DNA from: Candidatus Omnitrophota bacterium
Lineage (GTDB): Bacteria; Omnitrophota; Gorgyraeia; Gygaellales; Profunditerraquicolaceae
Direction of reading: 5' to 3'
Assembly: GCA_016867115.1 (NCBI GenBank)
Contig: VGKG01000002.1
Span: forward strand, 6,449 to 70,448
DNA length: 64,000 bases
The notes beneath the pieces are model-generated. The model was not told where the DNA came from and did no database searches. It saw only the letters and a list, made by a program, of their open reading frames with translations. Both the position numbers and the translations under genes were made by a program. This document shows positions 59,854-64,000 of the stretch, one piece after another; within the stretch, counting starts at the first letter, position 1; each line of letters begins with the position of its first letter.

Positions 59854-60162
59854 ATGGCAGAAGAAAAGCTTTTGACGGTAAGGGACGTTTCCATCCTGTT
59901 GGGAGTTTCTGAGAAGGAAGTGGTCGACCTGGCTGAGACCGGCAAGATCCCCGCCTATAAAGTAGGCGGCGTATTCCTGCGTTTTAAAAAGGACCATATC
60001 CTGGAATATCAGAAGTCGGTTACGCCTTATGCGGCAAAGCCCGAAGAGGAAAAAGAGTCCCCGGGCGTAAGGTTAAGCGACTTCTTTTATTTTAACGACT
60101 TTTACATACTGGCTATCCTGATCATCGCCCTCCTTTTGGTGGTTATTTTCAGAGGTTATTAA
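59854..60162 (+). CDS. Excisionase-like HTH protein with C-terminal membrane anchor
   Basis: LLTVRDVSILLGVS...GKIPAYKVGG..LRF; terminal hydrophobic helix YILAILIIALLLVVIF. Confidence 0.82.
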   Translation: MAEEKLLTVRDVSILLGVSEKEVVDLAETGKIPAYKVGGVFLRFKKDHILEYQKSVTPYAAKPEEEKESPGVRLSDFFYFNDFYILAILIIALLLVVIFRGY

Positions 60163-60169
60163 CCCGCTT

Positions 60170-60847
60170 ATGTCTCCAAAATCCGGATATTGCGACTTAG
60201 GCTTTGCCAAGCTTGATACGGACAGAAAGAAGCGCAGGGGGTATCCTGAAGCGGTCTATTGTCCGGGCAAGGATTTGGACTACCTTGAGCGCATCGCCGG
60301 ACAATTCATCAAACACCGGCAGGACCTGCTGCTTACGAAACTGGATAAAGAGGTTTACGCCTGCCTTAAGGGGAAGTTTCCTCTGCTCGGTTACGACCCG
60401 CGCGCGAGATTAGGATTTATCCTGAAGGACAAGGCCAAGACGAAAAAAGGCATGGTCCTGGTGGTCAGCGCCGGGACTTCGGATATTCCCGTAGCCGAAG
60501 AAGCAAGCCTGACCCTTGAGGCCATGGGGAGCCGGGTGAAAAGGCTCTATGATGTGGGGGTAGCCGGGGTGCACCGCCTGATGCAGAACCTGCCTCTTTT
60601 AAGAAAAGCAAAGGTGATCATTGTGGTTGCCGGAATGGAAGGCGCGCTGGCCAGCCTTGTGAGCGGCCTGGTGAAAGCGCCGGTGATCTCAGTCCCCACC
60701 AGTTGCGGCTATGGCGCAAACTTCGAAGGCCTGGCTGCGTTATTGACCATGCTCAACGGCTGTTCGCCGGGAGTAGGCGTTGTGAATATTGACAACGGTT
60801 TCGGGGCTGGATACCTGGCGGCGATCATTAATAATAGTAGGCAGTAG
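60170..60847 (+). CDS. larB: Nickel pincer cofactor biosynthesis protein LarB
   Basis: RRGYPEAVYCPGK, AGTSDIPVAEEA, DVGVAGVHR, AGMEGAL, VVNIDNGFGA. Confidence 0.92.
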   Translation: MSPKSGYCDLGFAKLDTDRKKRRGYPEAVYCPGKDLDYLERIAGQFIKHRQDLLLTKLDKEVYACLKGKFPLLGYDPRARLGFILKDKAKTKKGMVLVVSAGTSDIPVAEEASLTLEAMGSRVKRLYDVGVAGVHRLMQNLPLLRKAKVIIVVAGMEGALASLVSGLVKAPVISVPTSCGYGANFEGLAALLTMLNGCSPGVGVVNIDNGFGAGYLAAIINNSRQ

Positions 60848-60870
60848 GCTGTATGCAGGATGCAGGATGA
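60835..60870. repeat. Heptamer tandem repeat
   Basis: GTAGGCA GTAGGCT GTATGCA GGATGCA GGATGA. Confidence 0.65.
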
Positions 60871-61286
60871 AGGAAAAAATAACGCTGAAAGAGGCGGTGA
60901 GGTTTCATGGGCATCTGGGGCCTTATCTGGTCCTCGGATTGCTGGCCGGCGAGGCCGCCTTAAAAAGGCTTAATTGCAGGAAGTTTTTCGGTCTGGAAGT
61001 CAAGGTGCGGGGCGCAGGCGAAAAGCCCAGGTCTTGTCTGGTCGACGGCCTGCAATTATCTACGGGAGCGACATACGGTAAAGGCAACATCGAAAAGTTA
61101 GACGGCAAAAAGATAAGCATCGCCTTTAGGAACAGGGATAATAACAAACGCCTCAAGATCAGCCTTAAGGAGGAGCTGGCCCGGAAACTCGAAGGCCTGA
61201 AAGGCCACCGCGACAGCGAAGCGTTTGCAGGCGCACTCTATAGGGCCAAACCTCAAAAGATCTTCAACTTCACAACAGGCGGGTAA
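60867..61286 (+). CDS. FmdE/FwdE-family protein
   Basis: AVRFHGHLGPYLVLG, SCLVDGLQLSTGATYGKGN. Confidence 0.88.
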   Translation: MKEKITLKEAVRFHGHLGPYLVLGLLAGEAALKRLNCRKFFGLEVKVRGAGEKPRSCLVDGLQLSTGATYGKGNIEKLDGKKISIAFRNRDNNKRLKISLKEELARKLEGLKGHRDSEAFAGALYRAKPQKIFNFTTGG

Positions 61287-61288
61287 AA

Positions 61289-62617
61289 ATGGCACTCTCA
61301 GGGTTGGATATTTACAAACTGCTGGCTAAAACAAATTGTCGGGAATGCGGATTTGCTACGTGCCTGGCTTTTGCCATGGCGCTGGCCAAGAAGGCGGCAG
61401 GCATAGAGAAGTGCCCCTATATAAACGAGGAGGCAAAGCGGATGCTTGAGGCCTCGGCTCAGCCGCCCATTAAGCTGCTGTGTATTGGCGGGGGAGAAAA
61501 GAGTTTTGAGATCGGAAATGAGTCGGTAATGTTCAGGCACGAGGAGAAGTTTCACCGCCCTTGCGGCATCGGGTTTATTCTCGATGACGGCCTTAGCGAC
61601 GCGCAAATTAAAGAGAGGCTTCGGAAGATCAATAAATCGAGATTTGAGCGCGTAGGCCAGATGCTTGAGGTGAATCTGGTAGCGGTCCGCCAGAATAAGT
61701 CCGGCCAGAGATTCTGTGACGCTGTGAAGCTCGTAGCGGAGAATACGGACCTGGCGCTAGTGCTGATGAGCCGCGACCCGGCTGCGCTAAAGCCTGCCCT
61801 TGAGTTGCTTAAGGCCAGAAGGCCGGTCATTTACCCTGCTGTGAAAGATAACCTGCAGGAGTTTGCGCTTCTGGCAAAGGAGTACGGGGCAATCCTGGTA
61901 ATAACCTGTCCCGATCTTGAAGGCCTCTCGGCAGCGGCGGCACAGTTAAATAAGGAGGGCTTAAGCGATATTCTTCTTGATACCGGGAAAAAAGAGCTCT
62001 CCGATAAGATCTGGGACCTGACGCAACTGCGCAGGCTCCCCTTGAAAAGGTCGAACCGCAGCCTCGGATATCCTGTCCTGGCCGTAGCCGAAGAGGATGA
62101 TCCCTACGAAGAGGCGTTAGAGGCAGTTACCTATATAGGCAAATACGCCGGCATCGTCCTGATCAGGGGGATAGAAAGCTGGGAAGTCCTTTCGCTGCTG
62201 ACCCTGAGGCAGAACATCTATACTGACCCGCAGAAGCCCCTGCAGATCGAGCCGAAGCTTTATTCCATCGGACAGGTGGATGATAAGTCGCCGGTGCTGG
62301 TCACTACCAACTTTTCGCTTACCTATTACACGGTGCTGGGCGAAGTCGAGGCAAGCAAGGTCCCTTCCTATATTATGAGCGTGGATACCGAGGGCATGTC
62401 CGTATTGACCGCCTGGGCAGCGGAAAAGTTCACTCCCGAAAAGATCACTGCCACCGTCAATAAATACGGGGTCAGGCAGATGGTCAGGCATAACCGCCTT
62501 ATCATCCCGGGTTACGTTGCGGTGATGAGCGGGGAGCTGGAGGAGAGCTCCGGCTGCAAGGTCGTGGTGGGGCCGAAGGAAGCGGCCGGATTGCCTTCGT
62601 TCCTGAAAAATCTATAA
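61289..62617 (+). CDS. acsC: Corrinoid iron-sulfur protein large (gamma) subunit
   Basis: LAKTNCRECGFATCLAFA..CPY 4Fe-4S, RQNIYTDPQKP, TTNFSLTY, GMSVLTAWAA, IIPG. Confidence 0.93.
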   Translation: MALSGLDIYKLLAKTNCRECGFATCLAFAMALAKKAAGIEKCPYINEEAKRMLEASAQPPIKLLCIGGGEKSFEIGNESVMFRHEEKFHRPCGIGFILDDGLSDAQIKERLRKINKSRFERVGQMLEVNLVAVRQNKSGQRFCDAVKLVAENTDLALVLMSRDPAALKPALELLKARRPVIYPAVKDNLQEFALLAKEYGAILVITCPDLEGLSAAAAQLNKEGLSDILLDTGKKELSDKIWDLTQLRRLPLKRSNRSLGYPVLAVAEEDDPYEEALEAVTYIGKYAGIVLIRGIESWEVLSLLTLRQNIYTDPQKPLQIEPKLYSIGQVDDKSPVLVTTNFSLTYYTVLGEVEASKVPSYIMSVDTEGMSVLTAWAAEKFTPEKITATVNKYGVRQMVRHNRLIIPGYVAVMSGELEESSGCKVVVGPKEAAGLPSFLKNL

Positions 62618-64000
62618 TGCAAAATTTCAAAGTCTCCTTTTATCCGGATAAAAAAAGCGTGGAAGTGCCCCAGGATACTACCATATTATCCGCGGCGATC
62701 CAGGCAGGGCTGCAGATCAATTCTGCCTGCGGAGGGGACGGCGTCTGCGGAAAGTGCAGGGTGCTCCTGCGTAAAGGAAAGGCCCTGGTCCAGCCTACCG
62801 GCACGTTAAGCGAAATAGAAAAACAAAAAGGCTTTATCCTCAGCTGCACCTCTGCTGTGCAGGGAGACCTTGAGGTAGAGGTCCCCGTTGAATCCCGCCT
62901 TGACTTCACCAGGTCCGGGCCGCGCTACTTCAGCTCGCCCGAAGAATCCGAGCCTGCCGAGGCGCTGGTCAGCGACGAGTTTTTCGAATATTCTCCGCTG
63001 ACAGAAAAGATATACCTGGAATTGCCCCGGCCCACTATAGAAGATAACGCCAGCGACCTGGAGAGGCTCTACCGCCAGGTCCGTTTATGCAAAAATACGC
63101 CCATTTTACAGACCAGCCTCTATAACCTAAAGCAATTGGGCGAGATGTTGCGGGACGCAGACTGGAAAATAACCGTGACCCTGGCCCGCAGGAACGACAG
63201 CCTTGAGGTACTTTTTATCGAGCCCGGAGACCTTTCGCGGAAGAATCACGGCCTTGCCTTTGATATAGGGACAACTACGATATCCGGGGAGCTGGTGGAT
63301 CTGAAGACGAAAAAGATCCTGGCCACTAAAACCGCTTACAACAGGCAGGCGACATTCGGCAGCGACGTGATCGCGCGCATCATCCATGCCCAAAAGGAGA
63401 GCGGCCTTGAAGAATTACACGAGGCTCTGACCGATACCATGAACGAGATAATCGCGGAGCTTGCCTCAGAGCATAATATAAGCCTGAATGAGGTAACCTG
63501 TGTCCTTTGTGCCGGCAACACCACCATGATCCATCTGCTGCTGAGTATCGATCCGACCCATATCCGCAAGGTCCCCTATATCCCGACGGCCAATTCGGTA
63601 CCGACGATCCGCGCGACAGAGGCGGATATCCATATCCACCCGCGCGGGCTGCTGGCCTGCGCGCCGGGAGTAGCCAGTTATGTGGGAGGGGATATAACCT
63701 CGGGGATCCTTTCAAGCGGCCTTTATAAGGAGGATTCCCTGAGCATCCTCATCGATATCGGCACTAACGGCGAGATCGCCCTCGGAAACAGGGATTTCAT
63801 CGTCTCCTGCGCCGCATCCGCAGGCCCTGCCTTTGAAGGAAGCGGCCTGACCTGCGGCATGCGCGCAAGCGGCGGCGCGATCCAGAAGGTCAGGATTGAT
63901 CCTGCAGGCGACAGAGTGGATTACGATGTGATTGCAGGCACGCCTCCCGTGGGGATCTGCGGGTCAGGGTATATCGATATCCTTGCCCAGATGCTGAAGG
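62617..64000 (+). CDS. Reductive activator of corrinoid protein (RACo/ASKHA, 2Fe-2S), 3'-truncated by window edge
   Basis: Absent from ORF track because no stop in window; ATG 62617 gives MQNFKVSFYP...SACGGDGVCGKCR, later FDIGTTT, FGSDVIARI, AGNTTM, IDIGTNGE, AGPAFEG, GICGSG. Confidence 0.9.
   Translation, partial: MQNFKVSFYPDKKSVEVPQDTTILSAAIQAGLQINSACGGDGVCGKCRVLLRKGKALVQPTGTLSEIEKQKGFILSCTSAVQGDLEVEVPVESRLDFTRSGPRYFSSPEESEPAEALVSDEFFEYSPLTEKIYLELPRPTIEDNASDLERLYRQVRLCKNTPILQTSLYNLKQLGEMLRDADWKITVTLARRNDSLEVLFIEPGDLSRKNHGLAFDIGTTTISGELVDLKTKKILATKTAYNRQATFGSDVIARIIHAQKESGLEELHEALTDTMNEIIAELASEHNISLNEVTCVLCAGNTTMIHLLLSIDPTHIRKVPYIPTANSVPTIRATEADIHIHPRGLLACAPGVASYVGGDITSGILSSGLYKEDSLSILIDIGTNGEIALGNRDFIVSCAASAGPAFEGSGLTCGMRASGGAIQKVRIDPAGDRVDYDVIAGTPPVGICGSGYIDILAQMLK

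Noticed and set aside
59650-60010. Excisionases of an integrated element
   Set aside because: The HTH domains are fused to bactofilin or a TM helix and sit in a housekeeping operon with no integrase or att sites
62640-63728. Short ORFs listed in the track at the right end
   Set aside because: All overlap the real RACo frame from 62617, which the track omits because it has no stop in the window

Overview
Gene-dense core-genome segment of an anaerobic diderm bacterium. The gene set suggests Candidatus Omnitrophota/PVC-related, which is an inference only. All credible genes are on + except one 1072-aa glycoside phosphorylase. Order: miaA(partial)-hflX; hspR-like-clpB-hrcA-grpE-dnaK-dnaJ with two CIRCE operators; accD, a lone sugar-ABC ATPase, two diguanylate cyclases, a ROK kinase, lptD and four nucleotide-sugar genes; cvpA-nif3-dnaG-rpoD, a small accessory block, two tRNAs, rnhA and RNase P RNA; yebC-ruvC-ruvA-scpB; pheA-hisC-aroF-tyrA-cmk-lepA-lepB; pgsA-plsY; a TPR/outer-membrane protein convergent with a GH161-like phosphorylase; gatCAB-ctpA-tsaD-mgtC; a bactofilin-HTH fusion plus a membrane-anchored HTH; larB-fmdE-acsC-RACo(partial). 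No CRISPR array, integrase or transposase is visible. The most unusual signals are: a ~120-nt covarying structured repeat abutting the start codons of accD and pgsA; a 48-nt palindromic element inserted in-frame in clpB; the bactofilin-HTH/tail-anchored HTH pair; a tRNA 3'-end duplication around a structured non-coding cassette; a candidate sRNA; and several families of short intergenic repeats. All calls come from visual motif recognition, with no database searches run.
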